A DNA stretch of 64,000 bases from Blastocatellia bacterium (GTDB taxonomy: Bacteria > Acidobacteriota > Blastocatellia > UBA7656): assembly GCA_963765495.1 (NCBI GenBank), contig CAVXWP010000001.1, forward strand, positions 544,001 to 608,000. Reading direction: 5' to 3'. Below the pieces are notes generated by a model. That model had not been told where the DNA came from. It saw only the letters and a program-made list of their open reading frames with translations, and did not search any database. The position numbers and the translations under genes are program-made. The first letter of the stretch is position 1; each line of letters starts with the position of its first letter. This document shows positions 19,940 through 29,480 of the stretch, piece after piece.

Positions 19940-19976
19940 CTCATCTGAGATTTGCGATTTGAAATCTCAGATGAGC
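19940..19976. terminator. Hairpin between convergent genes
   Basis: GCTCATCTGAGATTT … AAATCTCAGATGAGC. Confidence 0.6.
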
Positions 19977-20012
19977 GCGTATGAGAGAAATTAATTTCCC
20001 GCGTAATCAATC

Positions 20013-22700
20013 TCAATCGTCATTCCCGGCGAGGTTGCCGGTTACCCGTGGTTCAACCGCGTTTGATCGCACATCGCCGGGGTTGACTACGCGCACCTGG
20101 AAACTGCCCATACCGTCGATCTTTTTCGCTCCGATGCTTACGGTCAGGCGATCATCCCTGACCTTGACGGGCGTGCTTTGCCTGACGACCGCGCCATCCT
20201 TGACGAACTCTACTATGGCCTGTTTACGGAAGTTTACGCCCTCAATTCGCAGATTCACCTGCGACTCATTTCCCGCGATTGGCTTGATCAGCACGTTATT
20301 GATCTGAGGGCCGACCACCTCAAGCGGTTCTTCGGCTGACGGCACGCCGTCGGCATCTTTGTTGGGATTGACCACCATGAATTTCAGGGTGCCCGGCTGG
20401 GCAAGTAACTGGCCGAGTTCGTCACCCTTGAGCGAAACGACTATTTGATTCTTCTGCCCGTGAAAGCGCACGCGCTTCTTGTCTACGCGAAAAGCCCCGA
20501 CGTTATCCTTGCCCACATAGACGCGCAGGTGTTTCTGGAAGTTCTCTCCGCGAATGTTCACTTTTGCTTCGGAGATACCGGCAAGCACCCGTCCCGGAGT
20601 GACCTCGGTTATTGCCGGCGCGAGGGCGTCGATCTCCATAGGTTCTGAGACGCTGCCGTCGGGGTTGCGAACGACAAACTTTAACTTTCCGGCATCGCGC
20701 GCAAACCGGCCGGGCACGGTCAGTTTCAAGTTCGTATCTGTTGCGTGGCCTATACGGTCGGTTTCAACCGCTATGTCGTTGATCTCTACCTGAGCGCCTT
20801 CGCGGAAGTTTTCGCCTTTTATCCGCATGCGAAAGCTTCCCGCTCCTGCAATCACTTTATCCTCCACAGGCTCAAGCGCGGTTATGCGAGGGCCGTAGAT
20901 GACGAGCGGCTTCTCATTTGAAATGAGGCTCTCCACCGCGAGGTCTTTGACCTGAACGGTAAGCGTTCGGACCCGGCGCGCCTGATTCGCAGGCACTTCG
21001 GCCCGCAACTCGGTGTCGCTCGCGCGCTCGGTGTTGAGAGGCTGATCGCCGACAAATATTGTAGAGCTTGAGCGGAAGTTGCTGCCCGTGACCTTTAAGG
21101 TAAAGGCAGGTGAAGGGCCAGCCACCTCTTCCGGCTTGATCTTATCTATAGTTGGAGCAGTAGCCATCAACACGGTCAGCGGAGCGACCTGTGAAAGCAA
21201 ACCGTCAGGTGATTTCACCTGAACGCTTATGAAGCCGGGAAAATCGAAAAGCTCCTTGTTCAGTTTGGCCTCAAGCCCCTTTCGAACCTGATTGGAGGGC
21301 ACATCCTGGCCGTTGATGACCAGAGTCCCGCCTTCGAGATTTTCGCCCTTTACGAGCACTTTGATGCCTTTCAACCGGCCCTGCTCCACCGTATTGGGCT
21401 TGAGCAACGAAATCACAGGCACCTGAACAGGCGGGGCGGGGTCTTCCTCTTCTTCGCTTACGAGATCGAAATTCACAATGACGACTTCATCGCCGCCTGA
21501 CGAAGAGCGCATAACGGCAAGCGTCCGAGATTCCTTGTTCAGGGCGATGCGGCGAAGCTCGCTTCCGATGTTCTGCGGCGCTTCAAGTTCGCCCGTATCC
21601 GCGTTAAAGGCAAACAACCAGCCGGTGGCCGAGCCTACAAAGGCCGAAGAGCCGTCTTCATCGAATTCGACATTGTTTGCGCGAGAAAAAGTTATATCGC
21701 TTGGCGGCGTGAATTCGGCTTGAATGGCCAGCGCGCCCCCCCGGCTGATAATAGTAGTGACGCCGTTCGATCTGTTATTTGCGGGCCGACTGATAGAGAC
21801 GACCCCGATTATCTCACCGCCTTCGGGGCGCGAGGCCACGCTGATCCTTTGAGGCGCGATGACGCCTATACTCGCAAACTGAGCGCCGCTTTTCGAATCA
21901 ATCGCTATAAGCTGATCGCCGGTCGCGGCAGCAATATATATCGAGCGTCCGCTTGCGCTAAAGACCGGGTTATTAGACTCTTCGAATCGAGCGTCAGACG
22001 GAGTAAAGCTTGCCGAGGAGCTTAACATCCCTTCATCGTCTACCCTGAATATCGAGAGGTGATTTGCCGCCGCGCTCACGATTGCGATTATACGCTTGCC
22101 GCCCTGATCATAAAGAGCCGTCTCCGACGGACGACCGAGAAGCGGCAGTTCAGAGGTAATCTGTCCGGTCTCTATATCGAAACAATAAAGCGCAGGTTCA
22201 TCGAAGCTGGAAGCGATCAGGCAGAATTTGCCGTCGCTTGTAAGTATCGCACGCGTGGAGGGAGTGATGTGCGCGGCTGGCGGCAGCATAAGCAGCGAAT
22301 GCAGGTTGAGCCGGCGGGCGCTTGTCGCGTCAATTATGCTGATTGAAGCCGGGGAACCCTGATCGGGATCGTTTGCCGCCGGGACGGCGATCAAGCGGCG
22401 GTCGCCGAGTTCCACCATCGATAAAGGCCCGATGTTTGTGCCTACGACCATTGACGAGATGAGTTTGCCAGTCTTGAGGCTGAATGAGATGATCGCGCCT
22501 CCCGTCACCGACGAGACGTATCCCACCTTGCCGCCCGAAGCGATCAAAGGCTCGGCCTGCTCGTCGAGTATCGCGTAAGACGGGAGCGTGAGGCTGCGGG
22601 CATCGCGAATCTGCTTATGATTGCTGCTGCCCTGCGCGATGGTAAGGCTGAAGACCATCACGCAAGTTATCAGAGTCGTCAATTTTCTGTTAGGCTTCAA
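20013..22700 (-). CDS. Exported protein: beta-propeller-like N-terminus + about five IPT/TIG-like repeats
   Basis: Signal peptide; repeated P-x-I…G(E/S/V)NF…V-x-NP units in the C-terminal half. Confidence 0.75.
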   Translation of the reverse strand: MKPNRKLTTLITCVMVFSLTIAQGSSNHKQIRDARSLTLPSYAILDEQAEPLIASGGKVGYVSSVTGGAIISFSLKTGKLISSMVVGTNIGPLSMVELGDRRLIAVPAANDPDQGSPASISIIDATSARRLNLHSLLMLPPAAHITPSTRAILTSDGKFCLIASSFDEPALYCFDIETGQITSELPLLGRPSETALYDQGGKRIIAIVSAAANHLSIFRVDDEGMLSSSASFTPSDARFEESNNPVFSASGRSIYIAAATGDQLIAIDSKSGAQFASIGVIAPQRISVASRPEGGEIIGVVSISRPANNRSNGVTTIISRGGALAIQAEFTPPSDITFSRANNVEFDEDGSSAFVGSATGWLFAFNADTGELEAPQNIGSELRRIALNKESRTLAVMRSSSGGDEVVIVNFDLVSEEEEDPAPPVQVPVISLLKPNTVEQGRLKGIKVLVKGENLEGGTLVINGQDVPSNQVRKGLEAKLNKELFDFPGFISVQVKSPDGLLSQVAPLTVLMATAPTIDKIKPEEVAGPSPAFTLKVTGSNFRSSSTIFVGDQPLNTERASDTELRAEVPANQARRVRTLTVQVKDLAVESLISNEKPLVIYGPRITALEPVEDKVIAGAGSFRMRIKGENFREGAQVEINDIAVETDRIGHATDTNLKLTVPGRFARDAGKLKFVVRNPDGSVSEPMEIDALAPAITEVTPGRVLAGISEAKVNIRGENFQKHLRVYVGKDNVGAFRVDKKRVRFHGQKNQIVVSLKGDELGQLLAQPGTLKFMVVNPNKDADGVPSAEEPLEVVGPQINNVLIKPIAGNESQVNLRIEGVNFRKQAIVEFVKDGAVVRQSTPVKVRDDRLTVSIGAKKIDGMGSFQVRVVNPGDVRSNAVEPRVTGNLAGNDD

Positions 22701-22806
22701 CTGCTATGTCTCCCAAACTCAATATTAAATCTAAATAATACCACGCGCTAAGGTGGGGCGGCGCGTCTTGCTGGCAATCTTATTCTTTTCGCAACATCAG
22801 ATCAAG

Positions 22807-22910
22807 TGATTTTAGATTTTGGATTTTAGATTTTGGATTATGATGAACCATTCCCACCACAGCAGAACCCGGTTTCCGAAATCTAAAATCCAAAATCCAA
22901 AATCTAAAAT
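22807..22910. repeat. Inverted heptamer-armed element (GATTTTR arms)
   Basis: About four (GATTTTR) units, a ~40-nt core, then about four (AAATCYA) units. Confidence 0.75.
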
Positions 22911-22989
22911 TACAGGCTCTGGTTTTCAACTCAACGCTCATGGCAAAATAGTAGTTCCAGAACTTTGACCCGATTCAGGAGGTAAAGGA

Positions 22990-23427
22990 ATGAGATTTAT
23001 AAACCGCATCTGGCTTTCGGCCCTCATCGCCGTGCTTTTGTGCGGAGCTTTTGCTCTGGCAGGCACGTCCCCGGGGCAGGATGATACCGATAAGGTCGAA
23101 CGCATTTCCGTTGATGAACTCATATTGATGATGGCCAAAAAAAAGCCCGTGACTATCATTGATTCTCGCGTCCTCGACAGTTACGACACAAAGATCAAGG
23201 GGGCGCTGCAAATACCCGTCACTGAAACCGAGGCGCGTCTGAAAGAGATTCCTCGCGACCGCGAGATAGTTACGTACTGTGCCTGACATAACGAAGCTAC
23301 AAGCGCCCGTGCGGCGCAGATACTCCTAGACAACGGCTTTAAGAAGGTACGCGCACTCAAAGGCGGATGGAATGCCTGGGTTCAGGCTGCCGGACAGATA
23401 GAAGATAAGGAAGAGCCTAAACACTGA
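22990..23427 (+). CDS. Exported rhodanese-like protein, probable selenoprotein (UGA at 23284-23286), 145 aa
   Basis: Reading through the TGA gives …IVTYCA-U-HNEATSARAAQILLDNGFKKVRALKGGWNAWVQAAGQIEDKEEPKH*, which completes the rhodanese fold. N-terminal signal peptide. Confidence 0.8.
23284..23317 (+). promoter_or_regulatory. Candidate bacterial SECIS element
   Basis: Stem GCGCC (23303-23307) / GGCGC (23313-23317); loop CGTGC starts 22 nt after the UGA with G at loop position 2. Confidence 0.6.
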
Positions 23428-23488
23428 TCACCTTACCGGCTTATCTCGCCGGTAAGCGATGAGCCGGTAAACAGGAAAAACCAGAAAG

Positions 23489-23863
23489 ATGATAATAACA
23501 AACCGCGACCGCGCGCGTGTGATCGCTACCCGTCACGGATCGGAAATTCGCCCGCTGATAGATCGCACGACGAGCGCCATAACTCAGTGCAGCCTTGCCG
23601 AAGAGATTCTTCCGCCGGGCTCGACGGTTACGCCTCATCACCACAACGAGCTTGAAGAGGTTTATTACATCCTCTCAGGCCGGGGGATGATGACGGTAGG
23701 CGACGAATGCCGCGAAGTCGGCTCGGGCGATGCCGTCTATGTTCCGCGAAACCATCGGCACACGCTCGAAAATACGGGCGACGAACCCATCAGATTAATC
23801 CTGGTCTGCGGCCCGGCCTTCTTTTATGAAGATGAAATACTGGAAAGTGATGCGCTCACGTGA
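23489..23863 (+). CDS. Cupin domain protein
   Basis: PHHHNELEEVYYILSGRG and GDAVYVPRNHRHTLEN motifs. Confidence 0.9.
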   Translation: MIITNRDRARVIATRHGSEIRPLIDRTTSAITQCSLAEEILPPGSTVTPHHHNELEEVYYILSGRGMMTVGDECREVGSGDAVYVPRNHRHTLENTGDEPIRLILVCGPAFFYEDEILESDALT

Positions 23864-23875
23864 GCGCACCACGCA

Positions 23876-25246
23876 TCATCCTTTGAATTCGCTCACGAGC
23901 GCCTGTACGGTCGATTTGGCATCGCCGAAAAGCATTCGAGTGTTGTTGTAGTAAAACAGAGGGTTTTCAATTCCTGCGAAACCCGAAGCCATAGAACGCT
24001 TCAAAACAAAAACGGTCCTGGCCTGATCTACGTTTATGATCGGCATGCCGTAGATCGGGCTTGATTCGTCTTCGCGGGACGCCGGATTCACTACGTCGTT
24101 TGCGCCGATGACTATCGCAACATCTACGGCCGCCATCATGCGATTGGCCGATTCCATCTCTATTAACTGCTCATAAGGCACGTCGGCTTCGGCCAGCAAC
24201 ACGTTCATGTGCCCGGGCATGCGCCCGGCCACCGGGTGTATAGCGTAGTGGACTTCCGCGCCGTTTGCTTCCAGCAATTCTCCGAGTTCGCGCACTACGT
24301 GTTGGGCCTGCGCCACCGCCATGCCGTAACCGGGAACGAAAAGGACCGAGCGCGCGGCTTCGAGGATGAAATAGGCATTTTCAGGCGACAGAGGTTTGAC
24401 TTCACCCGCAGCCTCTTTGCTCGCCTTGACCGTCACGGCTCCGAAACCTCCAAACAAGACGTTTGTAATAGAGCGATTCATCGCCTTGCACATTATGTTT
24501 GTGAGTATCAAACCGCTCGCGCCCACCAGACACCCTGCCACGATCAGCACGTTGTTGAGGATGACGAATCCGGCGGCCGAAGCCGCAAGCCCCGAATAGC
24601 TGTTCAGAAGAGAGATGACGACCGGCATATCCGCGCCGCCTATCGGTATCACGGCCATAATGCCTAAAACCAGCGACAACGCGATGGCCGCAAGAAAGAT
24701 CGTGTACGAGCCTTGGGGCCAGAGCGTAAACAGCACGCCGAAAAGCGCGATGAGAACCAGCAGCAGGGCGTTTACGATTTGCTGGCCTCGAAACAGCACG
24801 GGCTTCCCCGTGATCTTTTCCGCAAGCTTGGCGTATGCGACTACGCTACCGCTAAAAGTGACTCCGCCTATCAGTATCGTCAGGTATATCGAGATGATGG
24901 TAAAGGTAGGGCTGTCCGGGTGCATGTGATATTCGGCCCAGCCCACGACGAGGCTTGCAAGCCCGCCAAAACCGTTGAAGAGGCCGACCATCTCAGGCAT
25001 CGCGGTCATCCGTACGGCATACGCGGCATACGCGCCTATGATCGAGCCCGCGACAAGGCCGATTATGATCCATTGAAACGCCAGCCCTTTCATCACCAAG
25101 GTGGCGACGATGGCTATCAGCATACCTATTGCCGAAATTATATTGCCGCGCCGCGCGGTTGTCTGAGAGCCAAGTTCTTTCAGACCGATGATAAAGAGGA
25201 TTGCGGCGATGACATAGCCGAGATTGATAAGTTCGTTGAGGTCCAT
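23876..25246 (-). CDS. pntB: NAD(P) transhydrogenase beta subunit
   Basis: MPEMV, PIGGADMPVVISLLNSYSG and IHPVAGRMPGHMNVLLAEA. Confidence 0.97.
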   Translation of the reverse strand: MDLNELINLGYVIAAILFIIGLKELGSQTTARRGNIISAIGMLIAIVATLVMKGLAFQWIIIGLVAGSIIGAYAAYAVRMTAMPEMVGLFNGFGGLASLVVGWAEYHMHPDSPTFTIISIYLTILIGGVTFSGSVVAYAKLAEKITGKPVLFRGQQIVNALLLVLIALFGVLFTLWPQGSYTIFLAAIALSLVLGIMAVIPIGGADMPVVISLLNSYSGLAASAAGFVILNNVLIVAGCLVGASGLILTNIMCKAMNRSITNVLFGGFGAVTVKASKEAAGEVKPLSPENAYFILEAARSVLFVPGYGMAVAQAQHVVRELGELLEANGAEVHYAIHPVAGRMPGHMNVLLAEADVPYEQLIEMESANRMMAAVDVAIVIGANDVVNPASREDESSPIYGMPIINVDQARTVFVLKRSMASGFAGIENPLFYYNNTRMLFGDAKSTVQALVSEFKG

Positions 25247-25530
25247 TATTTCTTGAACTCTTCCTTCTTTTTGAACATCGCAAGCATTCGATCAGTGACC
25301 AGATACCCGCCTACGACATTGATGGTCGCGCTTACGACGGCCAGCGTCCCGAGTATGATCGTCAGCGTGTCGTTTTCGGTTCCGGCGGCGATCAGCGCGC
25401 CTACGATGGTGATGCCCGAAATGGCGTTCGAGCCCGACATCAACGGGGTATGAAGCTGCGAAGGAACTTTCGAGATCAACTCGAAGCCAAGAAAGATTGA
25501 CAGAATGAATATGAAAAGAAGAAGCGTCAT
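25246..25530 (-). CDS. pntAB: NAD(P) transhydrogenase alpha subunit, part 2
   Basis: LHTPLMSGSNAISG and NVVGGYLVTDRMLAMF. Confidence 0.95.
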   Translation of the reverse strand: MTLLLFIFILSIFLGFELISKVPSQLHTPLMSGSNAISGITIVGALIAAGTENDTLTIILGTLAVVSATINVVGGYLVTDRMLAMFKKKEEFKK

Positions 25531-25536
25531 TACCTG

Positions 25537-26670
25537 TTACCTCATAAGGTTTTTCACGACCTCGTTATAGACCTGGCCGTTATATGTTATAAGACAGCTT
25601 TTCAGGATGTCGTCATCGAGATCGAGGAGAAGGCTGCCGGACTGCTTATCCCAGAAATGCTCTATAAAATTGCCCAGGTTGCTCGAATACATCTGGCTTG
25701 CGTGAACCGGGACCTGTCGCGACGGGTTGCCGAGCCCTATCACCCGAACATCGTTTATGACTATCTCCTGCCCGATCTTCGAGCACTCGACATTGCCCCC
25801 GGTTTCGACCGCGAGATCCACGACCACGCTGCCGGGGTTCATGCCCTTTATCATATCCGTGGTCAGTATGACGGGGGCTTTTCGGCCAAAGACCTGCGCG
25901 GCGGTAATCACCACGTCTGAGAGCGCGCACTGACGGGCCACCGCCTCACGCTGTCTTTGCAACTGTTCAGGCGTCAACTCTCTGGCATAGCCCTGCTCGG
26001 TCTTTCCCGTCTCTCCAAGATCAATCTTGATAAATTTCGCGCCGAGCGATTTTATCTGTTCTTCCACTTCCGGGCGAACATCAAATGCATCGACGCGCGC
26101 GCCCAGCCGCTTTGCAGTCGCTATGGCCTGAAGCCCGGCCACGCCCGCGCCTATGACAAAGACCCTCGTGGGAGAGATCGTCCCGGCAGGCGTCATCATC
26201 ATCGGGAAGATGCGGCTGAGGCGTTCGGCGGCCACTATGACCCCGACGTAGCCTGCGAGATTCGCCTGCGAACTGAGCGCGTCCATTTTCTGAGCTATGG
26301 TCGAGCGGGGGATCATTTCAAGACTGACGGCGCTGACATTGGCTCGCGCCAGTTCGGCAACCTTGTTGAGGTTATTGAATGGATCGAGATAGCTGATATG
26401 AATGCAGCCCGGTTTCATCAACTGTATCTCTTCAAGTAGCGGGCTGTTGAACCTGAGAACCACGTCGGCTAAAGCCAGCGAATCGGCGCGATTTACGATG
26501 ATTGCCGCCCCGACCTCTGAGTATTCATCGTCAGCGATGCTGATTGATGAGCCAAGCCCTGATTCTATTTCAACCTCCGCGCCGAGCTTTACGAGCTTAC
26601 CGGCAGTTTCGGGAATGACGGGTACGCGGCTCTCGCCGGGGGCCGCCTCTTTTGGAATGAAAATCCGCAT
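25537..26670 (-). CDS. pntAA: NAD(P) transhydrogenase alpha subunit, part 1
   Basis: MRIFIPKE…ESRV, AQKMDALSSQ, GAGVAGLQA and DLAVETGGN. Start reassigned to 26670. Confidence 0.95.
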   Translation of the reverse strand: MRIFIPKEAAPGESRVPVIPETAGKLVKLGAEVEIESGLGSSISIADDEYSEVGAAIIVNRADSLALADVVLRFNSPLLEEIQLMKPGCIHISYLDPFNNLNKVAELARANVSAVSLEMIPRSTIAQKMDALSSQANLAGYVGVIVAAERLSRIFPMMMTPAGTISPTRVFVIGAGVAGLQAIATAKRLGARVDAFDVRPEVEEQIKSLGAKFIKIDLGETGKTEQGYARELTPEQLQRQREAVARQCALSDVVITAAQVFGRKAPVILTTDMIKGMNPGSVVVDLAVETGGNVECSKIGQEIVINDVRVIGLGNPSRQVPVHASQMYSSNLGNFIEHFWDKQSGSLLLDLDDDILKSCLITYNGQVYNEVVKNLMR

Positions 26671-26917
26671 AGCAACTCCAGAACAACAATTCCTTATGAC
26701 AAGACTCGGCCTATTCCTGGCCACGGGGCCGGGGAATGAATCAAGCTCGCCTTTCTTTCATCCGTTTATCGAGGACCACAAGGGATGGCAAGCAACCCGG
26801 CTTCTAACTAAAGATGAAATATATCATCGCCGCCCCGTATTTGACAGCGCCTCACCTGAACCAGAATACAAAAGCCGGGGGCGTGCCGCGCAAACGCAGG
26901 TTTGATAATTTCCGCTG

Positions 26918-27370
26918 TCAGGACCCGCCTGCTAAATCGGGCGGCACATAATGAATGTATGTGTTGAGCATGCGAATCTCTTCGGCCTTTTCGTCAGCGT
27001 CCCGAGCGAGCAGATCGCGCAATGAAACCAGGCCCAGCAGTTTATTGTTTTCAAGGATAGGCAGATGACGACACCGGGCCTTTTGCATCTTGCGTATGCC
27101 CTCTTCGTAGGTCTCGTCGGGCGCGGCAAAGGTCAGATCGCTCGACATAAGTTCGCCGACCCGGACGCTTGCAGGGTCGTGCCCTGCGGCTACGACTCGC
27201 TTTAGCAGATCGCGCTCGGAAAACAATCCGACCACGCGCTCGTCTTCAACTACCATTACCGCGCCTATATTGCGATCCGTCATGTAGACTGCCGCGTCAT
27301 GTGCAGTGAAATCAGCAGTTATGGTGTAAAGCTCGCTGTGTTCTTTTACTATCGAACCGAGTGTCTTCAT
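26918..27370 (-). CDS. CBS-pair domain protein
   Basis: NIGAVMV…GLFSERD and RHLPI…GLVSLRD. Confidence 0.9.
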   Translation of the reverse strand: MKTLGSIVKEHSELYTITADFTAHDAAVYMTDRNIGAVMVVEDERVVGLFSERDLLKRVVAAGHDPASVRVGELMSSDLTFAAPDETYEEGIRKMQKARCRHLPILENNKLLGLVSLRDLLARDADEKAEEIRMLNTYIHYVPPDLAGGS

Positions 27371-27525
27371 AAGCCACCCCTTCCGCCCTCAATCGGGGCC
27401 GAGAGTTTTACTCATCAGAGCAAACAAACAACTGAGGTTCTTATAACAAGCGTATGAACGTATTAATGCTGGATAAGTTGAGTCTAACCGGGCAATCAAT
27501 TCGCTGTCAAGAATCGCCCCTTTCC

Positions 27526-27700
27526 GAGGATTCACAAGATTCCGAAGGATCGGCAAGATTTGAAGAAAATCTTTTTGAATCTGAGGAGGGTCAGGCAATT
27601 CCCCGCAGCTTGCTGCGGCTCCATTTCCTCCCCTCTTGCGCGATACCTCGCAGCTTGCTGCGAGGAGCTTCATTCCTCGAAAATCCTGTGAATCCTGTCT
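27526..27700. mobile_element. Nested element: IS200/IS605-end-like palindromic miniature element inside a nonamer-armed repeat
   Basis: Hairpins CCGCAGC-TT-GCTGCGG (27603-27618) and CCTCGCAGC-TT-GCTGCGAGG followed by AGCTTCA (27646-27672), flanked by RGATT and AATCCTGT nonamer arms. Confidence 0.5.
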
Positions 27701-27734
27701 ACGTATTTCTCGGCGAATGATTTAGAATCCCTGT

Positions 27735-28493
27735 GTGAACAAAGACCAGATCAGGGAATTGCTCGATGATGCGCGAGCGGGCCGCATAGACCTCGACGAA
27801 GCCGCCGACAAACTGGCCCGTCTGCCTTATGAAGACCTCTCGTTTGCGCGTGTTGACCATCATCGCGAATTGCGAGTAGGTTTCCCGGAAGTCATACTCG
27901 GTCAGGGAAAGTCGCTCGAACAGATACTGGCAATCGCCCGAAGCATTCTCGGCAACAGTTCGAACCTGCTTATCTCTCGAACCACCGAAGAAGTCTTCAG
28001 GCACATAAAAGAGATCGCCCCCGACGCCCAATATCACAATGAAGCGCGCATGGTTTCGGTGCTGCGCGACAGTCGAGAGAGGGGCGAAGGCATTATCGCG
28101 GTCATATCGGCAGGAACATCAGACATCCCCGTTGCAGAAGAGGCTGCCATCACCGCAACCGCTATGGGAAATCGCGTGGCCCGCATTTACGATGTAGGTG
28201 TAGCAGGCATTCACCGTCTGTTTGGCTCGCGCGCAGATTTCGAATCGGCTCGCGTAATAATCGTAGTGGCCGGGATGGAGGGGGCTCTGCCTTCGGTCGT
28301 GGGCGGGCTTGTGCCTGTGCCCGTGATAGCCGTGCCTACGAGCATAGGCTATGGCGCTTCCTTCAACGGGCTGGCCGCGCTTTTAGGGATGCTGAACTCC
28401 TGCGCTTCGAACGTCACGGTGGTCAACATAGACAACGGTTTCGGCGCGGGCTTTGTCGCAAGCCTTATCAACCGCCGGAGAGACGCGCCTTAA
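27735..28493 (+). CDS. larB: Nickel pincer cofactor biosynthesis protein LarB
   Basis: [34 protein letters not shown] and [10 protein letters not shown]. Confidence 0.93.
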   Translation: MNKDQIRELLDDARAGRIDLDEAADKLARLPYEDLSFARVDHHRELRVGFPEVILGQGKSLEQILAIARSILGNSSNLLISRTTEEVFRHIKEIAPDAQYHNEARMVSVLRDSRERGEGIIAVISAGTSDIPVAEEAAITATAMGNRVARIYDVGVAGIHRLFGSRADFESARVIIVVAGMEGALPSVVGGLVPVPVIAVPTSIGYGASFNGLAALLGMLNSCASNVTVVNIDNGFGAGFVASLINRRRDAP

Positions 28494-28920
28494 CCATCTC
28501 GCTCATCGTCTTGCCGTCTACGGTCTTGCCCTCAAGCCTTGCGCGGGCAGACTTCATTACTGCGCCCATGTCTTTCATCGAAGACGCGCCCGTCTCCGCG
28601 ATGGCTTCATCAATCGCGTTCGACAGGTCCTGTTCAGAGGCAGCGGCGGGGAGATATGTCTCGATTATTTGCCCCTCTCGCTCTTCTTTTTCGGCAAGCT
28701 CGATTCTTCCCGCCGCGCGGTATTGCTCCGAGGCGTCGCGCCTCTGCTTGAGCAGAGTGTTTAAGACGCGCGCGGCTTCCGTGTCGTCCACTCCGCCCGG
28801 AAGTTCCGTCTCGCGCAGTTTGAGCGCGGTCTTTACCATACGCAACGCGCTCAGGCGCTCGGCCTCTTTTGCCTTCATCGCCTGGACGAGGTCGCTGTTG
28901 ATCTGTTCTACAATTGACAT
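28468..28920 (-). CDS. yqeY: GatB/YqeY domain protein
   Basis: AMKAKE…LRMVK, KQRRDA…Y…GR, YLP and MKDMGAVMK. Start reassigned to 28920; the 3' end overlaps larB convergently. Confidence 0.92.
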   Translation of the reverse strand: MSIVEQINSDLVQAMKAKEAERLSALRMVKTALKLRETELPGGVDDTEAARVLNTLLKQRRDASEQYRAAGRIELAEKEEREGQIIETYLPAAASEQDLSNAIDEAIAETGASSMKDMGAVMKSARARLEGKTVDGKTMSEMVKARLSGG

Positions 28921-28936
28921 ATTTATTCCTGTTTTA

Positions 28937-29479
28937 TTAGGTTTTTGTTTTAGCGCCAAGACAACGTTTCTTTTCGGCTTTAGCTCCTCTTTCGAGCCAC
29001 GAAATACATTCCTCATCAGTTTTATCAGGGTTTACCCATACAATAGCCCTTAACTCACCAATGCTTGTTGCCGCCATCCCAAAAAGATTACGCACTATCT
29101 CATCCAGAGAAACTATAACTCGATCTGTTGCCATTGCAGCTTCTATTAGGAGCATGTCTTTTAACATCGCCTTGCGGCTTTTATCATCAAAAGCCACTCG
29201 CTCAATTTTATTGTGCAATACTTCGTTCGAAGAAACAGTAACACTAACCAGCTTCTTTCGTGCAAACATCGAGACTCGCCATTGCATGGCAAATTTTGAT
29301 TGATGTCTTTTCCACTCTTTGCTGATGTCTTCTGTTAGTACAACACGATGGCAGATCTTTAGAGTGGCTTGTAAAAAATCTCGGCAGTGTTTTGATGTGG
29401 GATGAACGGCCTTCTCACCTCCTGAAGAGTGAATGACCGAAGCATCTATCACAAGACATCTGGAAGACTTTACAGGCAT
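28937..29479 (-). CDS. PIN-like domain protein
   Basis: VIDAS, EW, KDMLLIEAA and IVSLD follow the acidic PIN-type spacing; AT-richer DNA. Confidence 0.65.
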   Translation of the reverse strand: MPVKSSRCLVIDASVIHSSGGEKAVHPTSKHCRDFLQATLKICHRVVLTEDISKEWKRHQSKFAMQWRVSMFARKKLVSVTVSSNEVLHNKIERVAFDDKSRKAMLKDMLLIEAAMATDRVIVSLDEIVRNLFGMAATSIGELRAIVWVNPDKTDEECISWLERGAKAEKKRCLGAKTKT

Positions 29480-29480
29480 A

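Noticed and set aside
26841-26867. TTGACA…CAGAAT as a promoter for an antisense RNA to the CBS gene
   Set aside because: The spacer is only 15 nt and no downstream RNA structure supports it.
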